Part shown: in pieces, positions 1 through 8,897 of the stretch
Layout of the letters: every line of letters starts with the position of its first letter
Position numbering within the stretch: position 1 is the stretch's first letter
Source of the DNA: Candidatus Shapirobacteria bacterium
GTDB lineage: Bacteria; Patescibacteriota; Microgenomatia; UBA12405; BS750m-G30
Length of the DNA stretch: 41,320 bases
Reading direction: 5' to 3'
NCBI GenBank assembly: GCA_016783425.1
Contig: JADHWP010000003.1
Span: 1-41,320 of the forward strand
The notes under the pieces: generated by a model
Databases searched by the model: none
What the model saw: only the letters and a program-made list of their open reading frames with translations
Told to the model about the DNA's origin: nothing
Program-made: the position numbers and the translations under genes

Positions 1-90
1 CTCGTAAAGGCAATTTTTACACCTTAATTTGCTCCTTCTTATTGTCCAAAACCTTTTTTTGCCGCACCGTTTACATTTTCGCCTAACCAT
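1..90 (-). mobile_element. N-terminus of probable IS1595-family transposase (runs off the window start)
   Basis: Not in ORF track. Translates MVRRKCKRCGKKRFWTIRRSKLRCKNCLYE, a CxxC...CxxC zinc ribbon typical of IS1595 transposase N-termini. Alternative ATG at 96; -10-like TGATAAGAT just upstream. Confidence 0.55.
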
Positions 91-134
91 AGCCATGATC
101 TTATCATTTCTAGTGGCTAATTTCGAACTTTACC

Positions 135-632
135 CTATCTTTTCAATAATCTAACTAAATGGCTAACGCCAATCATGGGTGCTTCTTGCGCCTCTTTAAT
201 TAATTCCATTTGTTCTGATTTCAATTTGGATTTTTCTGGATTTTCCAAAAAGCGACACAAAGAAGCAAAATCTTGTCTTATTTCTCTTGCCTTTCCTAAT
301 GGCCCCATTTCTTGATAAGCAGTTATCGATTGATTAACATGGAGAGCAAGAATTAGCTGGCCAGGCCTTACAACAAAAACTTTTGTGCCATTGTGAATTA
401 TGTCATAGTCTTCAGGAGCGTTATACCGAAGCAGTTTGACCCCAAAACAACCGAAAATAATACCTGTTTCTGAAACAGGCTGCTTGCCTTCTTCTCGGTC
501 AATACGAGAAAAACCCCCTTTAATTCGATGGGCCACTAAAGAAGGAGCTGATAAAAGAAACGTCCCATATGGATGGCCCTGCTCCTTTAACTTTCTAACT
601 ACAGGGACCTTAAGAGCGAGCCTTTCACACAC
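135..632 (-). CDS. hypothetical protein
   Basis: 165-aa ORF with a GTG start (start uncertain); no motif recognised. Confidence 0.5.
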   Translation of the reverse strand: MCERLALKVPVVRKLKEQGHPYGTFLLSAPSLVAHRIKGGFSRIDREEGKQPVSETGIIFGCFGVKLLRYNAPEDYDIIHNGTKVFVVRPGQLILALHVNQSITAYQEMGPLGKAREIRQDFASLCRFLENPEKSKLKSEQMELIKEAQEAPMIGVSHLVRLLKR

Positions 633-876
633 AGAAAGTGCCGGTTTTGCTATTTCTGTATCTATTGGTTTATTTTATCAAACCCCTGCTTTCTTCGCGA
701 ATAATAAATCCTGGGTTTGCCGAAGCACCATGAAAAAATCTCATTGACCAGGCCGGCCAAGCCCCAAACTGCCCCGCCCAAATTCCTGGGGTATGGGGAA
801 AGTGAAAACTCTCCGTCCTGCCTACTCTTTAACCAAAATGGTACTTGACAACCAGAATAACCCTGCTAAAATAGAC

Positions 877-1302
877 TTACTTGCCAAGTTTAGTTTTCAG
901 CTTCTGTAAAAACTTTGTGCTACCCTCCGGAAAACCATCTTCAGAAAGAACCTCTTCAAGTGTCAATTTAATTTTACCTTCACCTTCACTAATTTTGGCC
1001 TTCCCTAATCTTAAGGTTATTGGAGAAAGAAAAACGTGACAGGTTATAGTCCATCCTTTATACCTCCCTTCCTTTTCCCACTTGTAAGAATCTTTTAACC
1101 AATACTCAAGTTTTTCTGGAATATAGCCAATTTCCTCAAGGAGTTCTCTTTTAATTGCACTTTCCGGAGTTTCACCTTCTTCAATTCTCCCACCGAAAAA
1201 ACCATATTTTTCCCCCAACCTAGAATGTTCCCCTCTTTCTTGAACGAGGATGTTTAAATCATTGTCGTAAAAAACAGCAATAGCTACACTTCTAACCTTC
1301 AT
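877..1302 (-). CDS. NUDIX hydrolase
   Basis: Nudix box GGRIEEGETPESAIKRELLEEIG. Confidence 0.93.
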   Translation of the reverse strand: MKVRSVAIAVFYDNDLNILVQERGEHSRLGEKYGFFGGRIEEGETPESAIKRELLEEIGYIPEKLEYWLKDSYKWEKEGRYKGWTITCHVFLSPITLRLGKAKISEGEGKIKLTLEEVLSEDGFPEGSTKFLQKLKTKLGK

Positions 1303-1401
1303 ACTTTTATTCTACCAAATCTGGGTTCGGCAGGAAGCTTGCCTCTTAATTATCCTAATATCTTGACTAAGGCTTCCCGTTAGGCTAATCTTTTACTAGA
1401 A

Positions 1402-1908
1402 ATGAGTAAAAATTCCCAGAAAAAACTCGAAAATACCATTCTTTATCTGTCTTCCAAGTCAAAGTTTAATTGCTATAAAAAATTAGCAAAATTACTTTAC
1501 TTTGTAGACTTCACTTATTACGAATACGCTTCCAAACCAATAACAGGCTTGAAATATCAGAAATACACACATGGCCCTATTCCTTTTGATTTCTACAAAA
1601 TTCTAAGCAATATGGAAAAAGAGGGACTTATAGAGATTAAAGAAAAGGCGTTCTCTTTAGGAAAAATCAAAAATGTTGTTTCTAAAAAAAAGCCTGATCT
1701 AAAAGTATTCTCTAAGGAAGAGCTCGAAATTTTGCGTTCCATAACTGAAAAATACAAAAACTCAATGGCGGGCGAATTAGAGAAGGACGCAAAGGATGAA
1801 GCTCCATACATTATGGTAGAAAGCAAAGAAGAAATACCCTATCACCTTGCCTTTTACAGAAATACTTTTGGAGAAATGGATTTAGAAAATGAAAATTCTC
1901 ACTCATAA
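1402..1908 (+). CDS. Panacea (DUF4065/SocA-like) antitoxin
   Basis: KKLAKLLYFVDF...ITG..Y....HGPIP motif pattern of DUF4065. Confidence 0.88.
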   Translation: MSKNSQKKLENTILYLSSKSKFNCYKKLAKLLYFVDFTYYEYASKPITGLKYQKYTHGPIPFDFYKILSNMEKEGLIEIKEKAFSLGKIKNVVSKKKPDLKVFSKEELEILRSITEKYKNSMAGELEKDAKDEAPYIMVESKEEIPYHLAFYRNTFGEMDLENENSHS

Positions 1909-2257
1909 TGCAATCAAAAAAGATATTAAAAAATGTTGTAGAAAAAAATGGTATCTTGGCCTAGACAAAGAATATCCTCGAATAGTCAAACTCCTTGCGT
2001 TTAAAGGCGAACTCCCAGGAGAGTCGCCTTTTTACTATCTCCCGGAAGAGCTGTAGGGTAAAGTCTTCCATGCAAGGATTAACCTTCCCAACTCGGGCAA
2101 AGGAAAAGGGAAAGGTCCAAGAATAATATATTTTATCGAAAGAAATAAAGAAGAAATTAGAATATTGTATGTTGGCGGTCACAAAGATAGAGTTTATAAT
2201 ACTCCTAAAATCGTCAATGTGTTAGCCTCACGCTTTCTTTCTGATGATTTTACTTGA
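1889..2257 (+). pseudogene. RelE/HigB-like toxin interrupted by an in-frame TAG (2054-2056)
   Basis: ATG 1889 overlaps the antitoxin end. Frame reads MKILTHNAIKKDIKK...PEEL*GKVFHARINLPNSGKGKGKGPRIIYFIERNKEEIRILYVGGHKD...DDFT*; the GKGK-x-G-x-RIIY segment resembles RelE-superfamily (HigB2-like) toxins. Confidence 0.72.
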
Positions 2258-2269
2258 CATAGCTTGTCT

Positions 2270-4192
2270 CTAAGGTGAACGAGCGCACCAGGCGGCAAGA
2301 AGGATTAATAATATCAGTAAAAAATAGAGCTTGAGTAACCCTAAGACCGGAAAAAAGAATAAACTGGTTAAAACCGCTCCTAAAAAAGCTCCGATCAGAT
2401 CAGCCGGATAAACAAGGCTAATTTTCTTTTTGTTTTTAGCCAAATCACTGACTGTCATCCCAAAAACCAGCCCGCCATTAAAACCTAAAAACCAAGCCAG
2501 CCCCCACCAAAACCAAAGAGTTTTAACTAACACCAACCCCGCCATCACCAAAACGTAACCAACCAGGGGATAACCTATTTTTCGCAAATCCCAACCCTTT
2601 TTTTCCACCAACCCTACCCCAAAACTCATCCCTAAAAGAACTAAGCCGAAAATAAAGGCCAACTGGCTGTATAAAGAGCCAAAGTTAGCTTGAAAAAGAA
2701 AAACCAACAGGACCTGGAGACTCATTAAAATAAAACTGGAAATCCCAGCCAAAACCAGCCTTTTTTCTTTTTTCTTAAACCACCCGATTAAAATTCCCAT
2801 ACTGATTAAAAAAACAATTGGCAGCCAAAAACCCAAGTGATAAATTATTTTTGGCAGTCTAAAATTAAAAAGAGTCTGCCAAAAAAGGGTTTGATAAAAA
2901 AAGCTAACCGGCCTAAGATCACGGTTAATTTGGGTCGAAGTTTTTTGCCAGCGATCCAAAACCAATTGGCGATCTATTCTCTGCCGCTGATAATCAAAAA
3001 AATCAGCTGAAAAAGCGGGGTAAATCTTTTGTAAAAATCCGAATCTTTCTCTGTTAGCCACTAATTTTTCTTTGCCTCCCAAAAGTAAAAGTTGGTCTTC
3101 TAAAAAGAAAAGCTCATTATTCTTAAAAATTGAAGTAAAAGTTTGGTAAAGACTGCTGCCCAACCTAACCGCTTCTTCACTCTGATAATTGGTCGGCAAA
3201 CTAAAAACCAAAGCTAAAACACCATCTTTGGCCAAAGAATTATGAGCCACCTGCCAAAATTCCCGGGTGTAAAAGCGATTCAGGCTTAAACTGCTGGGGG
3301 CTGGTAAAGAAAGCAAAATTAAGCCCAGTGAGTCAATTTTACCGGCCAAATGTTTTCTTAAGTCCGCCCTAATCGACTTAACAACAGGAGGCAAAAACTC
3401 TTTTTGGGCGGCTAATAATAAAGGGTCTATCTCTATCCATTTAAAAGTTTTAATTTGAGGATAAAGAGCTAAAGCAGAAGCCAGTTCGGGCTGACCGACT
3501 ACTAAAACTTGGTTTAATTGACCAACAAACGGCCAAATCAAACCAGCCAAAAGCTGACTATCGGTTTTTGCCGGCAAAGAAAAAGTTAACTGGCCGGATA
3601 AATAAAAATTTATTTGTTCTTCTTTTTCGGTTCGAATAATTTGTTGATAGGGGGAATTGGACACTTCTTTTAACTCCGGATAGATTTTTCTCAAACTACT
3701 TTGATTTATCCTTTCCGGTAAAGGAAAGGAGGTTGAGGCAAGAAAAAAACTAAAAAACAATCCGCCGACAAAAAAACCTAAAGTCTCCCAAAAATAGGCC
3801 AAATTAAAACTTAAATTCTTAAATGATTTTAGGCCGGTGATAAACAACCAGCCTAAAATTGGGGCAAAAAAAACTAAGGAAAGTGCCAGCAGTAAACCCG
3901 CTTGGCCAAAAGAAAGCAACTGTCCGGGCATTACTATTTTGGCCGCCCAAAGCCGGATACCGATCACCAGTAGCGGCAAAAGCAAGCCCAAAGCAGTTAA
4001 AAGCAGCCATAATTTTCGGGTTGAAAACTTTTTGGCTTTCCTGCCCCCAAAACCGCCCAAAGCGGCCAATAATAGCCATAAGCCCAGGGCTAAGATATAA
4101 AAAACCTCGTTGCCGTAGGAAAGATTAACAATTTCCCGTAATAAAACAATCTGGCCTAAAATCGAAATTAACCCCAACCAGAAAAAAAACAT
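2270..4192 (-). CDS. membrane-fused spermidine/spermine synthase-like protein
   Basis: N- and C-terminal TM bundles (GQIVLLRE; YPADLIGAFLG) around a Rossmann-like domain (SPYQQI, EIDP, NRFYTREF). Confidence 0.75.
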   Translation of the reverse strand: MFFFWLGLISILGQIVLLREIVNLSYGNEVFYILALGLWLLLAALGGFGGRKAKKFSTRKLWLLLTALGLLLPLLVIGIRLWAAKIVMPGQLLSFGQAGLLLALSLVFFAPILGWLFITGLKSFKNLSFNLAYFWETLGFFVGGLFFSFFLASTSFPLPERINQSSLRKIYPELKEVSNSPYQQIIRTEKEEQINFYLSGQLTFSLPAKTDSQLLAGLIWPFVGQLNQVLVVGQPELASALALYPQIKTFKWIEIDPLLLAAQKEFLPPVVKSIRADLRKHLAGKIDSLGLILLSLPAPSSLSLNRFYTREFWQVAHNSLAKDGVLALVFSLPTNYQSEEAVRLGSSLYQTFTSIFKNNELFFLEDQLLLLGGKEKLVANRERFGFLQKIYPAFSADFFDYQRQRIDRQLVLDRWQKTSTQINRDLRPVSFFYQTLFWQTLFNFRLPKIIYHLGFWLPIVFLISMGILIGWFKKKEKRLVLAGISSFILMSLQVLLVFLFQANFGSLYSQLAFIFGLVLLGMSFGVGLVEKKGWDLRKIGYPLVGYVLVMAGLVLVKTLWFWWGLAWFLGFNGGLVFGMTVSDLAKNKKKISLVYPADLIGAFLGAVLTSLFFFPVLGLLKLYFLLILLILLAAWCARSP

Positions 4193-4196
4193 TATT

Positions 4197-4682
4197 TTAC
4201 AAAGCTGGTCCTAAAGTTACTTGCGCATCAAACTCTGAAGCTTCTTCCAGGAAAGAAGCTTCGGTAGCAATTTCATAATTTTTTTCTAAATCTTCTTTAA
4301 GAAGCTCAAAATACTCTTCTTTACCCTCTTTTAGGGCAATTTCCGTTAATTCATAATCGTAAGAGTCAGCATTGGCGGTAGCCACTTCTTCATAACCCAA
4401 AGCTTCAAGCAGTTCTTTACCCTCCCCCGCCGCCCCGGGAACTCCAATCCCGTTTAAAACTTGCACTTTTAAATCTTTTCTTTCCAGGGCGGGAACCGTA
4501 GGAGCGAGGCTGGGAATGAGAGTAGGGGAAACTTCCAAAGCGCTTTCCCCTCCCAGGGGGGAGCCCAAATTAAGCTTACTTTTAGTATAGCGCCAACTAA
4601 TTAAAAAGCCCGCTCCCAAAAAAGCAATAATAACCAGAGCGGTAATTAGAGTTTTCCTTTTGTCTTTTTTATTTTCTTCCAT
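4197..4682 (-). CDS. LytR C-terminal domain membrane protein
   Basis: Single TM, then VQVLNGIGVPGAAG...ANAD...QVTLG. Start moved to the second ATG, 6 nt after TGTTAGAAT. Confidence 0.85.
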   Translation of the reverse strand: MEENKKDKRKTLITALVIIAFLGAGFLISWRYTKSKLNLGSPLGGESALEVSPTLIPSLAPTVPALERKDLKVQVLNGIGVPGAAGEGKELLEALGYEEVATANADSYDYELTEIALKEGKEEYFELLKEDLEKNYEIATEASFLEEASEFDAQVTLGPAL

Positions 4683-4716
4683 AACCATATTCTAACACAG
4701 AACCAAAAAACCTTCG

Positions 4717-5163
4717 CTATTTTTCTTCACCTAACACTTCCAAGATTTCTCCACATTTGACAATCATCGTTCCTAACTTAGATAACTCCTCTTGGCTCCC
4801 CTGATATCCAGATAAAGAGCCATCAGGCAATATTGTTTCCCCCCAACCCTTGGCTTGTCCATCCCCTGAACTAGTTACTTTTGTTTCGGCATCTGTGATC
4901 ATAATACCCTGAGCGTCAGGTCCCCGCTTGGCTCTTATAAAAGAGATCCTATATTTATTAACAACCTCAGGATACTCCTTGTTTGGAACATCAAGGCTAA
5001 ATTCTTGAGTTTGCTCTTTCTTGGAAGTCCAAGGAACATTAACAGTTTCAATATCAAAACCTCTCGGGGGATTTTGAAAAATTCCAACAAGTTGCCGCCG
5101 ATAATCAACAAGCTGATTCTTGGCAACTTCAATTGGTGACTGCTCGATTTCTTCTCCTGGCAT
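4717..5163 (-). CDS. hypothetical protein
   Basis: 148-aa acidic ORF with an ATG start; no motif recognised. Confidence 0.7.
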   Translation of the reverse strand: MPGEEIEQSPIEVAKNQLVDYRRQLVGIFQNPPRGFDIETVNVPWTSKKEQTQEFSLDVPNKEYPEVVNKYRISFIRAKRGPDAQGIMITDAETKVTSSGDGQAKGWGETILPDGSLSGYQGSQEELSKLGTMIVKCGEILEVLGEEK

Positions 5164-5243
5164 ATATTTTTCTAACCTGATAACTTACTCAACAATTTTA
5201 ACACAAACCAAAAAAGATTATTAAATTAATTTCAAACTAATAT

Positions 5244-5445
5244 CCGCGGGCCGGACAGCCCTGACAATTTCTTAGTACGGTTCCAAACCCCCGAGCACTC
5301 ACTGTTTCTATTGATTCAGGAGGGTTGTCTTTAAAATCAGTGCAACAACTACGACAAACTCCATCGGGCATTGCCCAAGTTTGACATTTAGTTCGCTCTC
5401 GGGAATTAAACGGTCCCCAGAATGATCGGGATGAACACAGCTAGC
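5244..5445 (-). ncRNA. ssrS: probable 6S RNA
   Basis: ~200-nt GC-elevated non-coding stretch with self-complementary ends and internal stems (CCCGAG/CTCGGG, AACTA/TAGTT, TGGGC/GCCCG). 6S-like motifs appear in the expected order (CTGTGTTC, GACC, GAGAGC, ACCCTCCTGAA, TCCGGC). Extended -10 TGGTAAAAT upstream (~5474-5482). Confidence 0.5.
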
Positions 5446-5514
5446 AAATCTTTCTTTTTGAACCACTATTGATATTTTACCAATTTTACCCGTTAAACGG
5501 AATGATTTTGGGAT

Positions 5515-6084
5515 TTACCAATATCCACTTCCCACATATAACGTACTACTACCATTAAACACGCTCTCAAATAATTCTTGTGAATTGACTGGGGCAATCA
5601 TTCCACCATCGCTTTCCTTGAGTTCGCCATGAACATTGGTCCAGGAAAACATTCTTGGCAACAGGATAAATCCGCTTTTCTCGTGCAATTTAACAGACGC
5701 AGTATTTGATGGGTCAACTGATAAAAACGCTACTTCAACACCATTCTTTTTTAAGGATTCCATTGCATTTTTAGATACTTCAGAAGCAATTCCTTTTCTT
5801 TGATAACTGGGGTGAGTGCAAATTCCATAACCGCCCAGTTTTATCTTTTTCCCCTCAAAATCTTGTTTAGTTTCATGAACTCCCGCCCATCCAACTAATT
5901 CATTCTCTATATAAGCCAACACTTGAATCGAGACTGGATGGTAAAAATCTTCTTCTGCCTCTCTATCGTCAACCTCTGTAAACGCTAGCTTTTGCAGGCC
6001 CTTGACCGCCTCTTCTTGCTCTTTTGTCAACTTTTCAACAACGCTAACCTTTATTCTCCCAATTTTTTCTTTTAAATCATTCAT
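5515..6084 (-). CDS. GNAT family N-acetyltransferase
   Basis: Motif A THPSYQRKGIA and motif B NTASVKLHEKSGF. Confidence 0.92.
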   Translation of the reverse strand: MNDLKEKIGRIKVSVVEKLTKEQEEAVKGLQKLAFTEVDDREAEEDFYHPVSIQVLAYIENELVGWAGVHETKQDFEGKKIKLGGYGICTHPSYQRKGIASEVSKNAMESLKKNGVEVAFLSVDPSNTASVKLHEKSGFILLPRMFSWTNVHGELKESDGGMIAPVNSQELFESVFNGSSTLYVGSGYW

Positions 6085-6238
6085 ACACGGAGTATACCAA
6101 AAAAAATATGCGAAGATTCCTCAAGGCGGAACGGCAAAACCAACAGGAACACCTCCGAGGAATCAGGGCCTACCTCGCAGGAGTTCCCTCGCTTCACTTT
6201 GCCACCGCTCGAGAAAATCATTGTATAATGTGTATATT

Positions 6239-7768
6239 GTGAAAAGAGGCGGGTGGTTAATAATCTTCTTTATTTTTCTAAGCTTAATTATTGTTTTTTT
6301 GCTATCATTAACCAGGGGTAACAAAACTAAAGAAATGGCAGTTAAAAACGTAAACGAACCAGTCAGGTCAGCAGCGGTGGCCGGCGGTTTTTACCCCGGC
6401 AACAAAGAAATTCTTAGCGATCAAATCCAGGAATATTTAGATCAGGCTGAAGTTTTAAAAACGCCCGGAGAGTTAAAAATTTTATTTGTTCCCCATGCCG
6501 GCCTAATCTACTCGGGCCCTGTTGCTGCGGCCGGCTTTAAGCAAATTCAGGGCAAAAACTATACTAAAATTATTCTTCTTGGCAGTAGCCATCATTATCA
6601 CTTTAATCACGCCGCTGTTTATCTAAATGGTCTCTGGCAAACCCCCTTGGGTGAAGTTAAGGTTGACAGCGTTTTAACTGGCAAAATTATAGATGATTCT
6701 CAAAATATTTTGGCTGATGAGCAAAAACATAATCCCGATCATGTCCTGGAAATAGAGTTAATTTTTTTACAAAAAGCTTTGGACAATTTCCAAATCGTCC
6801 CCATTTTAGTAAGCAACCCTTCCGATCAATTGATTGACTCACTAGCTAAAAAAATAGCCGATAATTTCGACAACCAGACTTTACTAGTAATTAGTACCGA
6901 CCTCTCCCACTACCCTCCTTATGAACAAGCTAAAGTAGCGGACCAACAAGTCATTAACAGTATTTTGTCCGGCGACCTTAAAACTTTTGAAGAAAAATTT
7001 AAAGAGGTTGAAAATAGCAATTACCCTAATCTTGAAACTCCGGCTTGCGGTAAACAGGCGATCCGCATTGCCCTGAAAGTTAGCGCACTTTTAGGCGTTG
7101 ATCATTATCAACAAATTGCTTACCAAAACTCCGGCGATCTCCCCCAGGGCGATAAAAGCCGAGTAGTAGGGTATGCCGCCATTGGCGGCTGGGATAAGAC
7201 AACTGAAGAAGCAACCGGCAAGCCCCTCAATCAAACTGCCCAAGTTGAGGCCCTGCAAATCGCCCGCCAAACTCTGGAGAGTTATTTAAAAAAAGAGGAG
7301 GTTCCTTTGCCTCAAACTGCAAGCCCCCAACTTCAAACTAAAGCTGGCGCTTTTGTCACCTTAAATAAAAACAAAAACTTGCGGGGTTGTATCGGCTCCT
7401 TTGAAGAAAATAAACCCCTTTATCAGGTAATCCCGCAAATGGCGATTGCCGCCGCCAGCAACGACCACCGATTTCCTCCGGTTACTTTAAAAGAACTAGG
7501 GGATATAAAAATCGAAATTTCCGTACTTACTCCAAAAAAGAAAATTGATGATTGGCAAAAAGTAAAACTAGGAGTTGACGGAGTGGTGATTGAAAAAGGA
7601 GGACAATCCGGCACTTTTTTACCCCAAGTAGCCATTGAGACTAACTGGGATTTAGAAGAATTTTTAAGCCAACTTTGCGCTCAAAAAGCAGGTTTACCCG
7701 GCAACTGCTACCAAGACCCCGAAACAAACATCTACACTTTCCAGGCTCAAGTTTTTGAGGAAAAGTAA
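6239..7768 (+). CDS. amrB: AmmeMemoRadiSam system protein B (Memo) - protein A (AMMECR1) fusion with N-terminal TM
   Basis: VRSAAVAGGFYP, PHAGLIYSG, ISTDLSHY, VVGYA (Memo); GAFVTL..LRGCIG, DHRF, EISVLT, TFLPQVA (AMMECR1). Start set at GTG 6239, after TATAAT. Confidence 0.93.
   Translation: MKRGGWLIIFFIFLSLIIVFLLSLTRGNKTKEMAVKNVNEPVRSAAVAGGFYPGNKEILSDQIQEYLDQAEVLKTPGELKILFVPHAGLIYSGPVAAAGFKQIQGKNYTKIILLGSSHHYHFNHAAVYLNGLWQTPLGEVKVDSVLTGKIIDDSQNILADEQKHNPDHVLEIELIFLQKALDNFQIVPILVSNPSDQLIDSLAKKIADNFDNQTLLVISTDLSHYPPYEQAKVADQQVINSILSGDLKTFEEKFKEVENSNYPNLETPACGKQAIRIALKVSALLGVDHYQQIAYQNSGDLPQGDKSRVVGYAAIGGWDKTTEEATGKPLNQTAQVEALQIARQTLESYLKKEEVPLPQTASPQLQTKAGAFVTLNKNKNLRGCIGSFEENKPLYQVIPQMAIAAASNDHRFPPVTLKELGDIKIEISVLTPKKKIDDWQKVKLGVDGVVIEKGGQSGTFLPQVAIETNWDLEEFLSQLCAQKAGLPGNCYQDPETNIYTFQAQVFEEK
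7739..7761 (+). repeat. 23-bp direct repeat copy 1 (3' end of amrB-A)
   Basis: TTCCAGGCTCAAGTTTTTGAGGA, identical to 8470-8492. Confidence 0.95.
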
Positions 7769-7772
7769 GCAT

Positions 7773-7812
7773 TACTTTACTACTTGACAAAAGTAAAGTA
7801 TTATTCTAAAAT
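7773..7812 (+). promoter_or_regulatory. sigma70 promoter with overlapping operator for vapBC
   Basis: TTGACA(7784)-17 nt-TAAAAT(7807); inverted repeat TACTTTACT(7773-7781)/AGTAAAGTA(7792-7800) straddles the -35. Confidence 0.8.
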
Positions 7813-7821
7813 CAAGGCATA

Positions 7822-8079
7822 ATGTTAACAACTACTCTTTCCAGTAAAAACCAAGTAACTTTACCTAAATTTTTTCTCCAAATGTTGGGATTAAGCGGAG
7901 GGGACCGACTGTTGATTGAAATAGAAGAAAACCAAATAAACCTTAAGCCAGCTAAAAAAAGCATAATTGACTTACTGGCCAAAAGTATTAAAGTGGCAAA
8001 AAGCAAAAAAGGGGTATCCTTTGAAAAGGCTTTAGCTCACACCAAAAAAACGGTTGCCCGCCAACTTGCAACTCCATGA
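7822..8079 (+). CDS. AbrB/MazE/SpoVT-family antitoxin
   Basis: LSSKNQVTLPK...LGLSGGDRL; ATGA overlap with the PIN gene. Confidence 0.9.
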   Translation: MLTTTLSSKNQVTLPKFFLQMLGLSGGDRLLIEIEENQINLKPAKKSIIDLLAKSIKVAKSKKGVSFEKALAHTKKTVARQLATP

Positions 8080-8489
8080 AAAATACTATCCTGATTGACA
8101 CTAACCTAATTCTCCGCCTCTTGATCGGTGATATTCCCATTCAACTAAAAAAATCCCAGCAGTTATTTAAAAAAATAGAAAATAAAAAAATAACTGGGCT
8201 AATTAGCATTTTAGTAATCAACGAGCTAATCTGGATTTTAGAAAAATTTTACCATCAGAAAAAATCAGAATATATTCCTTTAATTTTAAGGCTAATTTCT
8301 TTAAAAAATACTAAAATATTAGAAATCAAGAAGCAAGAATTAATTCAGATTTTAAGAAAAATGAAAGATGCAAATTTAGATTTTACTGATTTATATTTAC
8401 TTTTCTCCAGCCAAAAACTTAAAAACAAAATTGCCTCATTTGACAAAAAACTAAACTACCACTCGCGTCTTCCAGGCTCAAGTTTTTGA
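8076..8489 (+). CDS. PIN-domain (VapC) toxin
   Basis: LIDTNLILR, INELIWIL, DFTD, SFDKK. Confidence 0.9.
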   Translation: MKNTILIDTNLILRLLIGDIPIQLKKSQQLFKKIENKKITGLISILVINELIWILEKFYHQKKSEYIPLILRLISLKNTKILEIKKQELIQILRKMKDANLDFTDLYLLFSSQKLKNKIASFDKKLNYHSRLPGSSF

Positions 8490-8492
8490 GGA
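8470..8492 (+). repeat. 23-bp direct repeat copy 2 (orphan amrA 3' end, FQAQVFEEE*)
   Basis: Exact match to 7739-7761, continuing GGAATAA to an in-frame stop. Confidence 0.95.
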
Positions 8493-8897
8493 GGAATAAC
8501 GGGTCGGCCTGATAACAACAATGTCTTTCATCGAATAATCTTTAATATTTTTAGTAACTAATTTAAGATTGTAAAGCTTGGCGGTGGCGGCAATTAAGCA
8601 ATCCAATAAATAAACCCGTTTTTTCTTGCGGGCAAATTGCAAACGATAATCACCGGCAATTTCGGCTATTACTTCATCTATCGGCAAAACCCCAAAGCGG
8701 CTTATCAGCAAATTTAGTTTCTCTTTTTCCTCTTTAGAAGCCTTGCTTAAAATCTCTGCCACACTGACAGCGGAAATGGCAATTTCCCCTTTTTTAATCC
8801 AACCCTTGACTAGAGCGGCAACCGGTTCCCTTCCCCAAAAAGACTCCAAAATAACATTAGTGTCCAACAAATACTCAGGAGCGATGGCGATTTTCAT
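8478..8897 (-). CDS. PIN-domain (VapC) toxin
   Basis: LLDTNVI, SVAEI, DCLIAATA, LVTKNIKDY. Confidence 0.92.
   Translation of the reverse strand: MKIAIAPEYLLDTNVILESFWGREPVAALVKGWIKKGEIAISAVSVAEILSKASKEEKEKLNLLISRFGVLPIDEVIAEIAGDYRLQFARKKKRVYLLDCLIAATAKLYNLKLVTKNIKDYSMKDIVVIRPTRYSSSKT

Noticed and set aside
436-876. ORF 436-747 (+) and possible minus-strand gene remnant at ~660-876
   Set aside because: The plus ORF is antisense to 135-632. The minus frames contain stops and no family I can recognise.
2054-2056. Stop-codon reassignment as an explanation for the in-frame stops
   Set aside because: TAG, TAA and TGA all terminate conserved genes here (korB TAG, amrB-A TAA, nfo TGA), and the two internal stops are different codons.
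3819-4128. Short overlapping ORFs here and similar ones inside other long genes
   Set aside because: They are shadow ORFs of well-supported CDSs, with no motifs or initiation signals.
6002-6238. N-terminal extension of the amrB-A ORF given in the track
   Set aside because: It overlaps the divergent GNAT gene and its promoter; TATAAT followed by GTG 6239 and a TM helix is a better start.
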